64,000 nt of DNA from Magnetococcales bacterium (GCA_015233935.1 JADFXB010000008.1:2532-66531); one strand, 5' to 3'. Numbered from the stretch's first letter, positions 1-9,093 are shown. Notes: generated by a model not told the origin, from the letters alone. Made by a program: numbers and translations.

Positions 1-1096
1 TCATCATCAGTTGGGAGCCTTGCAAAGGAGAGAGCAGGTGCAACTGGGTCAGATTATGGGGCAGAGCGGCAAATTGGGTATAGAGGAGCAGGGTTTCGTA
101 GAGATCCTGTCTGGTTTCCTGGGGAAAGCCGACGATAAAGGAGACGGTGGTTGCAAATCCCATTTGGTTGGCGGTTAGGATATTTTGGATGGCGCGATCC
201 ATGCGTAAATTTTTTCGCACCAGCTTTTGCATGCGTTGGGATCCGGTTTCAATTCCGAAGTAGATACCTTCGCAGCCAGCATTTTTCAGGCGGGATGCCA
301 GGGTTTCATCCACTTTATCGGGGCGGGCACTGATGTTCCAGACATAGCGGCGGGGATGGGCTTGAATGGCATCGCAGAAGGCGAGAATTTTTTTGGGATC
401 GGTATTGAAGTTATCTTGGATCAGATCAAAGCTCCAGACGCCGTAGAGTTGGTTCAACCAGTCCATTTCCGCCAGGATGCGTTGAGGGGATTTGGCCCGG
501 AAGCGGCGGGAGAAATAGCGATTGGTGGAGCAATAGGTGCAAAGAAAGGGGCAGCCGCGTCCGGTTTCAATGGGTATGGACAACCCGGAGCGGGAGGGGG
601 GATAAAGGTCGAAGGCGGGCATGGGGGAGCGGTCCAGGTCGCTTAGGAGGGGGGAGGAGGGGGTTTCCTGGATATGGCCCTCCTGGCGGAAGAATAATCC
701 TGGAATGGTATTCAGGGGAGAGCCATCCAGAAAGGCTTGCCAGCTTTCTTCGGCTTCGCCCAGAAACACCACGTCCACGGCCTGGCAGAATTCCATGAGG
801 GGGCGGGCGGTTGCTGTCGCCTGGGGTCCTCCCATGACGATGGTGATATGGGGATGAAAGGATTTAATCTTTTCGGCCAGATGGATGGAGCGGTGGAAGG
901 TGTTGGAAATGGTGGAGAAGCCCACCACCTGGCAGTTGGCCAGTTGGTGAATTAATTCTTCTTCCTCTTGCAGGGGGGGCAAATCCCGGACTTGTACTGA
1001 CCACCCCCGTTGACGGGCCAATTGGGCCAACACCAGGGGGCCGATGGGCATTTGGCCCATATCACCAGAGGTATAGGTCAAAAGCGTCAGTTCCAT
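1..1096 (-). CDS. B12-binding-domain radical SAM protein, N-terminal ~365 codons (3' end lies beyond the window start)
   Basis: Absent from the ORF track because it runs off the edge. Hand translation of the reverse strand from ATG (1096-1094) gives MELTLLTYTSGDMGQMPIGPLVLAQLARQRGW... An in-frame ETGRGCPFLCTYCS (CX3CX2C radical-SAM motif) is encoded around 520-560. Plus-strand ORFs 151-955 are its antisense shadows. Confidence 0.75.
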   Translation of the reverse strand, partial: MELTLLTYTSGDMGQMPIGPLVLAQLARQRGWSVQVRDLPPLQEEEELIHQLANCQVVGFSTISNTFHRSIHLAEKIKSFHPHITIVMGGPQATATARPLMEFCQAVDVVFLGEAEESWQAFLDGSPLNTIPGLFFRQEGHIQETPSSPLLSDLDRSPMPAFDLYPPSRSGLSIPIETGRGCPFLCTYCSTNRYFSRRFRAKSPQRILAEMDWLNQLYGVWSFDLIQDNFNTDPKKILAFCDAIQAHPRRYVWNISARPDKVDETLASRLKNAGCEGIYFGIETGSQRMQKLVRKNLRMDRAIQNILTANQMGFATTVSFIVGFPQETRQDLYETLLLYTQFAALPHNLTQLHLLSPLQGSQLMM

Positions 1097-1225
1097 GTAG
1101 AATTTGCTGTACCATTAGGGTTGAATGTGCAACCTGGATTCTACCTTTAGGGATGAGAATATTTCAAGATCATTTGTGAGGGCATTGGGAGGTGGGGGAG
1201 TCGAACGGGTATGGGGGTAAACAAA

Positions 1226-1260
1226 CCGGGGAAATGGTCAGCAAACAACCACTTCCCTGG
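1226..1260 (-). terminator. Stem-loop plus T-run downstream of the small Lys-rich gene
   Basis: Arms of 13 nt (1226-1238 and 1248-1260) with a 9-nt loop. On the minus-strand RNA the stem has one mismatch and one G.U pair, and is followed by TTTGTTTAC. Confidence 0.55.
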
Positions 1261-1287
1261 TTTGAGGCTCTTCTGGACGATAAAGAA

Positions 1288-1506
1288 TTAGTTCATCATG
1301 CCGGAAGTAGCTGCTTTCTTGGCTTTTTTACCTTTTTTAGCTTTTTTAGCTTTTTTGGCTTTTTTGGTGGTGGCTTTTTGGCCAGCCTGGTCCTGCTGAA
1401 CCTGTTGTTGCTGTTTGGGGGCAGCAGAGGCCTCGAGACCGGCCATGAAGAAGACAGGCAGGGTGAGGGCGACAAGGATGGAAATCAGACGACTGGCACG
1501 TTTCAT
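1288..1506 (-). CDS. Small exported polycationic protein (signal peptide, Q-rich stretch, KKAKK repeats)
   Basis: ORF 1288-1524; the likely start is MKRASRLISILVALTLPVFFMAGLEASA (ATG at 1506). The mature part is APKQQQQVQQDQ...KKAKKAKKAKKGKKAKK. I recognise no family. Confidence 0.55.
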   Translation of the reverse strand: MKRASRLISILVALTLPVFFMAGLEASAAPKQQQQVQQDQAGQKATTKKAKKAKKAKKGKKAKKAATSGMMN

Positions 1507-1566
1507 ACTGGCAGCTCCATGCAAGAAGGTTAAAGATGAACAATAATGCTTAAACCAAGAACAGGG

Positions 1567-1742
1567 ATATTGAATAGAAGAAGAGCTTGAATTCGACTAT
1601 TCAATAGTAACTGTTGTAGAAAAAAAATTCTATTGATGTGACTTTATCATATAAAACAATCAGTTGATTTAGAAAATATTGAATAGGTCAAGTAATATAT
1701 CAAGGGGGGAATTATAATCAGATAGGGGAGGATATTCAATAG
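1567..1742. promoter_or_regulatory. Four copies of an 11-bp box, TATT(G/C)AATAG, in an AT-rich intergenic region
   Basis: ATATTGAATAG at 1567-1577 and 1676-1686; CTATTCAATAG at 1597-1607; ATATTCAATAG at 1732-1742. The core TATTSAATA is palindromic. The boxes lie upstream of the minus-strand gene starting at 1506. Confidence 0.5.
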
Positions 1743-1769
1743 ATAATCAGAAAAAATATTTCATGAAGG

Positions 1770-1812
1770 GAACAAACCGTGGCATAGAAAAGGACATGTC
1801 CACGGTTTGTTC
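1770..1812 (-). terminator. Intrinsic terminator candidate after the Csp-like gene
   Basis: Perfect 13-bp stem (1770-1782 and 1800-1812) with a 17-nt loop. On the minus strand a T-run (ATATTTTTTC) follows about 9 nt later. Confidence 0.55.
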
Positions 1813-1821
1813 AGATATCCA

Positions 1822-2268
1822 TCAGGCAGTGATTTTACGGCATTCGATAGAGCAGGCTTTGCAGGCATCGGCGCAGGCTTTGCATTGCAAATGTTTGGCC
1901 TCATGTTTACGGCACTCTTTTTCGCAGGCGTCGCACACATCGGCGGCCACTTTGGCCATGGCAGCCAGGTGGGGAGATTTGGCGACGGCCAGTTGTTGCA
2001 GGGCGGTGCACACGGCCAGCATATCGGAGACGGATTTGGCGCACTCCACCAGGGAGGTATCCCCCATGGAGAGGAGCATCATGCAGTGTTGCAGGCAGAC
2101 TTGTCCGGTTACCAGGCAGTTGGCGGCGGACTGCACCAGGGCCATATTGGGAGGGGTTGGATGGTGGTGACCGGAATGATCCATGGGTTTTTCTTCAGCC
2201 TGGGCGGCTTGGGCCAGGAACAGGGCGGCAGCGGCACCGGTGGTGGTGATAAAGTCCCGACGATTCAT
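1822..2268 (-). CDS. Tat-exported four-helix-bundle cysteine-rich copper-binding protein (DUF326 / Csp1-like copper storage protein)
   Basis: ORF 1822-2412; the real start is probably MNRRDFITTTGAAAALFLAQAAQA (twin-arginine signal, ATG at 2268, AGAGG Shine-Dalgarno upstream). The mature part has a HSGHHH stretch and 13 Cys in repeated CxxxC/CxxC spacing. Confidence 0.75.
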   Translation of the reverse strand: MNRRDFITTTGAAAALFLAQAAQAEEKPMDHSGHHHPTPPNMALVQSAANCLVTGQVCLQHCMMLLSMGDTSLVECAKSVSDMLAVCTALQQLAVAKSPHLAAMAKVAADVCDACEKECRKHEAKHLQCKACADACKACSIECRKITA

Positions 2269-2315
2269 AAAAACCTCTTTTATGTTGGAGTTGCAGGGAG
2301 GATGGGAGAGCCATC

Positions 2316-4040
2316 TTATGGTTTCAATAGGTTGTGTTGAGGATGCACCATGGTGGACAGCTTCTTGAAGAAGAGGTGCACATCCTGGTGAATTTCGTTG
2401 GCCAGCATACATAGTGCGATATCCGGGCGAGAAGGGGGGGCTGAGGGATCAATATTTCCTAATTTGTGGAAAAGAGATTCATCATCCTCAAACAGGATAC
2501 GCTTGCCATCCACCATTTTGAAAATGTTGGCAGTGACATTGTGCCAGGTCTTATTGGGGGGTAAAGTCAAGTTTTGTTCGGTAAAAAATTCATCGATTTC
2601 AGACAATAAGGTCGTTTCCCGCAAGGCGTTTGTTTTTTTGTTCCCAACAGCCCGTTTCCAAGCTTCCGGCACCAGCAGGTAACCTTCAATGTTCTTACGT
2701 TTCCATTCAACATGGACGGGGCTGCTGGGGTCAGGATGATAGGTGTTATCGCTATCATAATCCAAGAGTACCAATCGGGATGCATGGGGAATGATCTGAC
2801 GTAATGCCTCAAAGTGAACATCGGCAGCCGCAACCATCTCCTTCTTGCTGCCACCGCCCAAGGTTTTAATGTAAACTTTTCCTAGTGATTCACTGGCACC
2901 ACATGGGTCAGCCCAGGCCCGCAGGATGCGCTCATCATCCGCACCCTCCACATAGAGAATAAATGGGTATTGAGTAAGCCAATGAATCTCCTCGTTGGCA
3001 ACCTCTGCCAAAGCCCGTAAGATCTTTGGGGTGGACTGAATGCGTGTGGGGTGTTGGTTGAGCAGTGAGATGATTTGACTGGTTTCCACACCTTTAATAA
3101 ATTCTTCTGCATGGGTGGCAATGAGCATTTGCATGCCCCTTTCAGAGGATTTTCTTCTGAAGAAATCCAACACCTCACGTTGTAGGCTGGCATGCAGATG
3201 GGCATCCGGTTCATCGATCAACAGGGTGGTTGGCTTGTAACCGTACAGAAAAGCCAACAAGGTCAGGGTTTGGTGAAAACCACTACCCCCAGAAATGATG
3301 TCATAATTTTTATTATTCTGTTTGTATTCGACCTGAATAGATACATCCCTGGATGAATCATACTTTGGTTTATGAATGTCCACAGAAAGCCAAGCTTTAA
3401 TCCTGTTGGCCAGTTCCGGCCAATCTGCCTCATCAGAAACCATCAATAATAAATTGCGCAGTACACTACCCGGTTGCCCCTTGCCCACCTGCTGACGAAT
3501 GGGGGCGATATCCAGCCGCTTTTCAACAGGTTCCAGACCAGAAAAAGGTGGAATATAGGCGATTTTTGGCATGCCACTTGATTCACATTCATGGAATTGC
3601 TTCCACCCCCCAGAGGGAATGGCATAAATAGATTGGGGCGAGTGATAACGCAGGTCGATACCAAATGCCCTGTTTTGTTCTCCCGTTTCGTCCTGCCACT
3701 CCACCAGAATTTGAATCAAGATAAACTGCTGAGTTCTTTTGTTGTTAACGATAGGGTAGGATCGGTCTGTCTTCTCCTTCCAAAGCAGATTAAACTCCGG
3801 CAAGGGGAGGGCGGTAAAGTTGGGCAATACCACCTGGATACCCTTGGAACCTTCTCTATTGGATTGGGAAAACAAATCCACGCAAAACTGCCAAATGGCC
3901 AATGCCTGCAACACGGTGCTTTTGCCGCTGTTGTTGCGACCAACCAGCAAATCAAACTGACCGAAGTCGTAGACCTGTTCCTTGATATTTTTGAAATTTC
4001 TCAAGGTCAGGCGGGTTATGCGTCTCTGGGTTGCCATCAT
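2316..4040 (-). CDS. ABC/SMC-type ATPase fused to a C-terminal Toprim/DUF4435-like domain (OLD-family or PARIS-like nuclease candidate)
   Basis: Walker A GRNNSGKST, signature-like SGGSGF, Walker B LLIDEPDAHLH, H-loop IATHAEE. The C-terminus has ILYVEGADDE and LVLLDYDSD acidic motifs (E...DxD). GC is visibly lower than in neighbouring genes. Confidence 0.7.
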   Translation of the reverse strand: MMATQRRITRLTLRNFKNIKEQVYDFGQFDLLVGRNNSGKSTVLQALAIWQFCVDLFSQSNREGSKGIQVVLPNFTALPLPEFNLLWKEKTDRSYPIVNNKRTQQFILIQILVEWQDETGEQNRAFGIDLRYHSPQSIYAIPSGGWKQFHECESSGMPKIAYIPPFSGLEPVEKRLDIAPIRQQVGKGQPGSVLRNLLLMVSDEADWPELANRIKAWLSVDIHKPKYDSSRDVSIQVEYKQNNKNYDIISGGSGFHQTLTLLAFLYGYKPTTLLIDEPDAHLHASLQREVLDFFRRKSSERGMQMLIATHAEEFIKGVETSQIISLLNQHPTRIQSTPKILRALAEVANEEIHWLTQYPFILYVEGADDERILRAWADPCGASESLGKVYIKTLGGGSKKEMVAAADVHFEALRQIIPHASRLVLLDYDSDNTYHPDPSSPVHVEWKRKNIEGYLLVPEAWKRAVGNKKTNALRETTLLSEIDEFFTEQNLTLPPNKTWHNVTANIFKMVDGKRILFEDDESLFHKLGNIDPSAPPSRPDIALCMLANEIHQDVHLFFKKLSTMVHPQHNLLKP

Positions 4041-4076
4041 TCAAACTCTTTCAAATGGGCTGAAGGTGGTTTTCCT

Positions 4077-6629
4077 CTATCCCAAGGCTTCCACCACCAA
4101 CCGTACCTCTTCAATGGTTTCCGTCAATATGTCCAAGGCTTTGCTGTTGTCATCCTTGCGGGCGGCGATGGCGAGACGGACAATTTTTAACTTCAGACGA
4201 TCTGCCCCCAAAGCCACCGCCATCTCTTTCATTCTTTGGACGATGGCGTCTAAACGGTTTTGCTGTTTTTGCAAAATGACCCGACGCAACTCCTGAAGCA
4301 GAGGGGCAATCTCCTCTAAAAACTGCTTGCGTGTATGCTGCCAGGCCTCGTTGCGCTCCACGTCGGGCAGCAGTACTTCCGATGGCTTGTTTTTGTCGAT
4401 TATGGGGGGGCGAACAGGGGGTTTGCGCACGCTGAAACGGGAGACCATATTGAGCAAGGCCTCCGGTTTGTAAGGCTTGGTCATGTATTCGTTCATGCCA
4501 ATGCCAAGACACCGCTCCCGTTCACCCGTCAAGGCATGGGCGGTTACCGCAATGATGGGAATCTGACTGTCAATGCCGGAGGCCGCATCCGCCTGGCGAA
4601 TTTTGGCCGCCGCTTCATAGCCACCCATAACCGGCATCTGCAAATCCATGAGAACCAGATCAAAGGATTGCTTGGCCAGTTTATCCAAGGCCTCACGTCC
4701 ATTGTTGACCACCGTAATATGATGCCCCTCCTTGCCCAACAACTCGGTAGCCAAAAGTTGATTATAAGGGGTATCCTCCACCAGCAGAATACGTAAAGCT
4801 GGCACTCTTGGACGATCCGCCTTGGCTACCACCGGGCCATCAGCCGGGGTGCGTCCCAAAAGCTGATTGATGGTGCGCAGCATGCGAAAACGTTTGACCG
4901 GGCGGTTGAGAACCGCGACCTCCTGCAACAAGGGAATCAAAGGTTCCAATCCTTCCGCCAATTGACTGTCGGAAGTCTGGTGGGAGGCGGTGAGCAGGAT
5001 ACACCTTTTTTTCTGCAAGGCGGGAGCCAGCACGCCAGCCAGGGCAGGACCCTCCGCATCTTCCAATAGAACATGGTTGATGATCAAAAGATGCTCCTCC
5101 AAGCGGGTGGCATGCTCGGTCAGCCAGCTTGTCAGGGCAGGGGTGTCGGTCACCGTTTCCACCGTGGCTTGCCAATGACGCAAGGCTTCCGCCAGCAAAA
5201 TACGCTGGGTCGTCATGGAGTCCGCCAATAAAATATGCACACCACGTAAATCCGTGGGATGGATTGGGGCGTCTGAACGCCGCTCTCCCACCGCCTGCCC
5301 CGAGTTGCGATCCTTGCCAATGCCAAAAAGGGCGGAAAAATGAAAGGTGCTGCCCTTGCCAACCTGGCTGTCCACCCAGATGCGTCCCTGCATCATCTCC
5401 ACCAAATGTTTGGAGATGGTCAGACCCAAACCCGTCCCCCCATACTTACGGGTGGTGGAGCCATCCACCTGGGTGAAACTTTCAAAAATGGCATCCACCT
5501 TGTCCGGGGGAATGCCGATACCCGAATCCTGCACGGAAAAGTGCATCATCACCTGACCCGCCGGAACCTCTTCTTCCAGCATCTCCACCCGCAACACCAC
5601 CTCGCCATTGGAGGTAAACTTGATGGCATTGTTGATCAGGTTGACCAGAATTTGGGTGGTGCGCAAAGGGTCTCCCACCAGGGTCTGGGGAACCCGCTCG
5701 GTGATATGGCAGAACAGCTCAATCCCCTTTTGATGGGCGCGCAGGGCCAGATTGTCACACACCTGCTCAATCCTGCCCACCGAATCAAAGGGAATGTTTT
5801 CCAACTCCAGGCGACCGGCTTCAATTTTGGAAAGATCCAGTATGCTGTTGAGTAAATCCAACAGACCGTCCGCCGATTGCTGAACAATGGTGAGAAGCTG
5901 TCGCTGTTTGGCGGTGAGCTGACTTTCCAGGACCAGATTGGACATGCCGATAATGGCATTCATGGGGGTGCGAATTTCATGGCTCATGTTGGCGAGAAAT
6001 TCGCTCTTGGCCCGGCTGGCCTCTTCCGCCACCTCTTTGGCATGTTTCAGATTGGCTTCCGCCCGTTGCAGGGTTTCCACCTGTTGAGAGAGGGTTTGGG
6101 TTTGTTCCACGCTCTCCAGGGCATAGGCGCAGTTGTGGAGAATGATGGAGACCACCTCCAGCCGCATGCTGTTGGGGGGCAGGTTATCTTCCCGATGAAA
6201 TCCGATGAAAAATCCATTCACTCCGTTATGGGTGGCCAGGGCATGCAAGAGAATGCGTTCCTTGCCATCGCCCACACCAGGGATCATCACCGCCCGGCTT
6301 TGTTGTAAGGCCCAGGCCACATCCCCATTATCGATCAAGCTTTCTGTCAGTTGCCGAACCGTGTCGCTTGCTTCTGGCGGATCGCAACTCACCAGATTAA
6401 AGTCAAAGTCCACCTCCATGAAAAAAGCGGTAGTATGGAAAAAGATCAATTGCCGCAAAGCTTCCCGTGTGGCATGCAGAATGGAGCTGACACCCCCCTC
6501 TGAGCCTGCACGACCATGGATACGCACCATGGAAGAGACCACATCCAGGGCCAGGGAGTGCCAACGAACCTCCTCTTCCAGATGAGCAATACGGTTTTGA
6601 TAGGGATCGGAATTTATCTCTTTTGTCAT
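4077..6629 (-). CDS. Hybrid sensor histidine kinase (N-terminal sensory region, HisKA, HATPase_c, degenerate receiver, canonical receiver, C-terminal Hpt-like module)
   Basis: H-box [12 protein letters not shown]; G-boxes [13 protein letters not shown]...GKGSTFHF; receiver [13 protein letters not shown]...[14 protein letters not shown]; C-terminal helix [18 protein letters not shown]. Confidence 0.85.
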   Translation of the reverse strand: MTKEINSDPYQNRIAHLEEEVRWHSLALDVVSSMVRIHGRAGSEGGVSSILHATREALRQLIFFHTTAFFMEVDFDFNLVSCDPPEASDTVRQLTESLIDNGDVAWALQQSRAVMIPGVGDGKERILLHALATHNGVNGFFIGFHREDNLPPNSMRLEVVSIILHNCAYALESVEQTQTLSQQVETLQRAEANLKHAKEVAEEASRAKSEFLANMSHEIRTPMNAIIGMSNLVLESQLTAKQRQLLTIVQQSADGLLDLLNSILDLSKIEAGRLELENIPFDSVGRIEQVCDNLALRAHQKGIELFCHITERVPQTLVGDPLRTTQILVNLINNAIKFTSNGEVVLRVEMLEEEVPAGQVMMHFSVQDSGIGIPPDKVDAIFESFTQVDGSTTRKYGGTGLGLTISKHLVEMMQGRIWVDSQVGKGSTFHFSALFGIGKDRNSGQAVGERRSDAPIHPTDLRGVHILLADSMTTQRILLAEALRHWQATVETVTDTPALTSWLTEHATRLEEHLLIINHVLLEDAEGPALAGVLAPALQKKRCILLTASHQTSDSQLAEGLEPLIPLLQEVAVLNRPVKRFRMLRTINQLLGRTPADGPVVAKADRPRVPALRILLVEDTPYNQLLATELLGKEGHHITVVNNGREALDKLAKQSFDLVLMDLQMPVMGGYEAAAKIRQADAASGIDSQIPIIAVTAHALTGERERCLGIGMNEYMTKPYKPEALLNMVSRFSVRKPPVRPPIIDKNKPSEVLLPDVERNEAWQHTRKQFLEEIAPLLQELRRVILQKQQNRLDAIVQRMKEMAVALGADRLKLKIVRLAIAARKDDNSKALDILTETIEEVRLVVEALG

Positions 6630-6666
6630 GGAAGTGACTCAAGGCTTTTGGAAGATGCAAGGAGAG

Positions 6667-7488
6667 CTATGCAAAGAGATGGACAGCTACCCCATACTGT
6701 TTTTCCACCTGTTTGGCGATGGTGGGAATCATGTTGGGGGAGAGGCCACTGCTTTCCCAGGCTTTGACATCCAAGGGTGGGACAAACCATTCGCCACTAA
6801 AGCCACGTCGCAGACTTTGGGCCAGGATATCTGCAATGTGGATGACGGTTGCCGCCTCCATATGGCTTTCTGCCAGGCTGGGTTGGTGATGCCAACGCAC
6901 CATTTGACAGAGCCTGTCTGGCAGTTTCCATTTGGCCAGCAAAGCACCGCCAATCTCTGCATGGTCGAATCCCACCGACTGTTTTTCCACCTGGTGGAGC
7001 AACAATCCCTGGGATTTGGCATCTTCCATGAGTTTGGCGGACACTTCCGGGCGAATCATGAAGAAGAGCAGTCGCCCCACATCGTGGAGCAATCCTGCCA
7101 CATAGAAGGATTCCACGTTGGCCTCCCGCCGGTAGGTGGCAATGACCCTTGCCGCCAGACCGCAGGTGATGGAGTGTCGCCAGAAGTCGGAAATATTGAG
7201 CAGATTGTCAGGAACCCCATTAAATTGATTCACGGCCACAGTAGCCATCACCAAGTCGCGCAATTGGCGGGTTCCCACCACGGTCAAGGCGCGGGAGATG
7301 GTTTCCACCGGATGGGGCAGGCCGTAAAAGGAGCTGTTGGCAATTTTTAACAGGCGGGCGGTCAGTCCCGGATCTTCCATGATGATGGCAGCAATTTGAT
7401 CCAGGGTGGAAAAAGGGTGTTCCACCGCAGCATTGATGCGATGAAAGACATCGGGCAGGGAGACCAGATTGGCACTGGCCTCGATCAT
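6667..7488 (-). CDS. HDOD domain signalling protein
   Basis: ORF 6667-7566. LPSLPDVFHRINAAVEHPFSTLDQIAAIIMEDPGLTARLLKIANSSFYG is typical HDOD. The start MIEASAN (ATG at 7488) avoids a 62-nt overlap with the upstream gene; 7566 remains possible. Confidence 0.8.
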   Translation of the reverse strand: MIEASANLVSLPDVFHRINAAVEHPFSTLDQIAAIIMEDPGLTARLLKIANSSFYGLPHPVETISRALTVVGTRQLRDLVMATVAVNQFNGVPDNLLNISDFWRHSITCGLAARVIATYRREANVESFYVAGLLHDVGRLLFFMIRPEVSAKLMEDAKSQGLLLHQVEKQSVGFDHAEIGGALLAKWKLPDRLCQMVRWHHQPSLAESHMEAATVIHIADILAQSLRRGFSGEWFVPPLDVKAWESSGLSPNMIPTIAKQVEKQYGVAVHLFA

Positions 7489-7504
7489 ACGATCCAGAAC
7501 CCGG

Positions 7505-7873
7505 TTAGATGCCACGTTTTTTCTCCTCAGGCTTTTCTTGGGCAACCCGTTGTACACAAATGGCAAAAAGCTGTTGAACCGCCGGATGGCTCATGTCGGC
7601 ATGACGAAAGAGTACTTCAGCCTTTTTACAAAAAGGCTCCATGCTTTTGGGAAAAATGGGCATGCTGGAGGCGTTGGGATCGGTCTCGCTGGCAGGGTTG
7701 GGTGAGGAAGTGACGACCACATCCACATCGGCCACCCCCCAGGTCTTGAATATGCGCAAATGGCGGTCGGTAATGGCACTTCCTTTGGACAGTAAAATGC
7801 GTCCGCTGGCGTCGCAAACATTGGTTGCCACCACCATCCCTGCCGTAAGTTGATCTAAGGGTAAGACACTCAT
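7505..7873 (-). CDS. Small hypothetical protein whose N-terminus resembles the DUF3391 module found in front of HD-GYP domains
   Basis: MSVLPLDQLTAGMVVATNVCDASGRILLSKGSAITDRHLRIFKTWGV. It is the first gene of the minus-strand HDOD/kinase operon. The family assignment is by eye only. Confidence 0.5.
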   Translation of the reverse strand: MSVLPLDQLTAGMVVATNVCDASGRILLSKGSAITDRHLRIFKTWGVADVDVVVTSSPNPASETDPNASSMPIFPKSMEPFCKKAEVLFRHADMSHPAVQQLFAICVQRVAQEKPEEKKRGI

Positions 7874-7942
7874 GGATCACCTGAACAATTCTGAAGAATT
7901 TTCTGACGGGAATTATGTCAGATATTCATGGCCAGGGAAAGT

Positions 7943-9079
7943 TCATATGGTTTTTGGTTCTTTTCTTGCCAGCAAGGAAGGAAAATTTTGGGCCAAAGCA
8001 AGATTTTCTTCCAGGTGGATGAGTAGAAAGATTCCCAGACTGACAAAAAACAGTGGAGGCCACCAAGCGGCCACCTCCGGTGGTAAACGTCCGCCCATGC
8101 CCAAAGCGCGGGAGAGGTCCATGACCACGAAGAGGGCAAAACCGGCCAGTAAACCCACCAGCAGGGAGCGGCGTCCGGATCCCGCCCGGGGCAAGCGCAG
8201 GGCAAAGGGAAAGGCCAGGATGATGGCGGCCAGGGTGGTCATGGGGTCGGCCAGCTTGCGATGAAACATGAGCCGATAGGAGGCATCATCATACCCTTCC
8301 CGCCGTAAATTTTCTGATATTTCCAGCAATTCGCGGGTGGTCAAATAGCTTGGGTCCGGGTTAACCTGGTCCAGTTGTTGGGTGTCCAAGTGGAGATCGA
8401 TGGTTTTTTGTCCGAAGGGTTCCAGGCTGGGGGATTCGCCAAAGCGGATGATGCGCCCATCCTGCAATTGCCATTGACCATTGACCAGAATAGCCTTACG
8501 GGCATCCAGGCGTTCTACCAACTCTTTGTCCTGGAAGCGAAACAGGGAGAGGTCCAACAGGACATTATCCTGCAACATGGCCTGTTTGATGGAGACATGG
8601 TAATCCCCATCCCGCAACCACAGGTTGAGGCTGATGGCAGCTTGTTGAGGTTTTTGCTGGCCCATTTTTTCATGCAGGGCATCGGCCAGGCGACCAGAAT
8701 TGGGGACGACTTGATCCTGCAAAAAATATTGAATACCAGAAAGGAGCATTCCGCCGATGAGAAAGGGCACCAAGATGCGGTAGATGGAAATGCCGCTGGT
8801 GCGCAGGACAGAAATTTCATTCTGGCGGGTCAGGCGGGTGAGGATTAATAAGGTGGCCAAGAGGGCGAAGGCGGGCAGTAATTGGGTGATAAAACCGGGC
8901 AGACGGTAAAGAAGAAACAGAGCCATATCCTGCCATTGAAAATTGGCATGGTGAACATGCCGCCGGGTTTGCTCAATGCCATCGCCCAACAAAAACAGGC
9001 CAACAAAGACCAGGCCCACCTGCAACAGGCCGTCGAGAAACAAGGTTAAAAGATAACGAAACAAAATGGGCATGCCCAA
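7943..9079 (-). CDS. lptG: LPS export ABC permease LptG
   Basis: LptF/LptG (YjgP/YjgQ) family polytopic protein with a large periplasmic loop. It is the second gene of the pair, 14 nt after lptF. Confidence 0.8.
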   Translation of the reverse strand: MGMPILFRYLLTLFLDGLLQVGLVFVGLFLLGDGIEQTRRHVHHANFQWQDMALFLLYRLPGFITQLLPAFALLATLLILTRLTRQNEISVLRTSGISIYRILVPFLIGGMLLSGIQYFLQDQVVPNSGRLADALHEKMGQQKPQQAAISLNLWLRDGDYHVSIKQAMLQDNVLLDLSLFRFQDKELVERLDARKAILVNGQWQLQDGRIIRFGESPSLEPFGQKTIDLHLDTQQLDQVNPDPSYLTTRELLEISENLRREGYDDASYRLMFHRKLADPMTTLAAIILAFPFALRLPRAGSGRRSLLVGLLAGFALFVVMDLSRALGMGGRLPPEVAAWWPPLFFVSLGIFLLIHLEENLALAQNFPSLLARKEPKTI

Positions 9080-9093
9080 AAAACTCCGTTTTG

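Noticed and set aside
1190-1215. GGGGGAGTCGAACGGGT, which resembles the reverse complement of a tRNA T-arm.
   Set aside because: On the minus strand the bases flanking the TTCGACT loop (ACCCG and CCCCC) cannot form a T-stem, and no acceptor or anticodon arms can be drawn. No other tRNA-like T-loops were spotted in intergenic regions.
2269-2412. 48-codon upstream extension of the Csp-like ORF, overlapping the end of the ATPase-Toprim gene.
   Set aside because: The twin-arginine signal starts at the internal Met (2268) with its own Shine-Dalgarno. The extension has no signal-compatible features.
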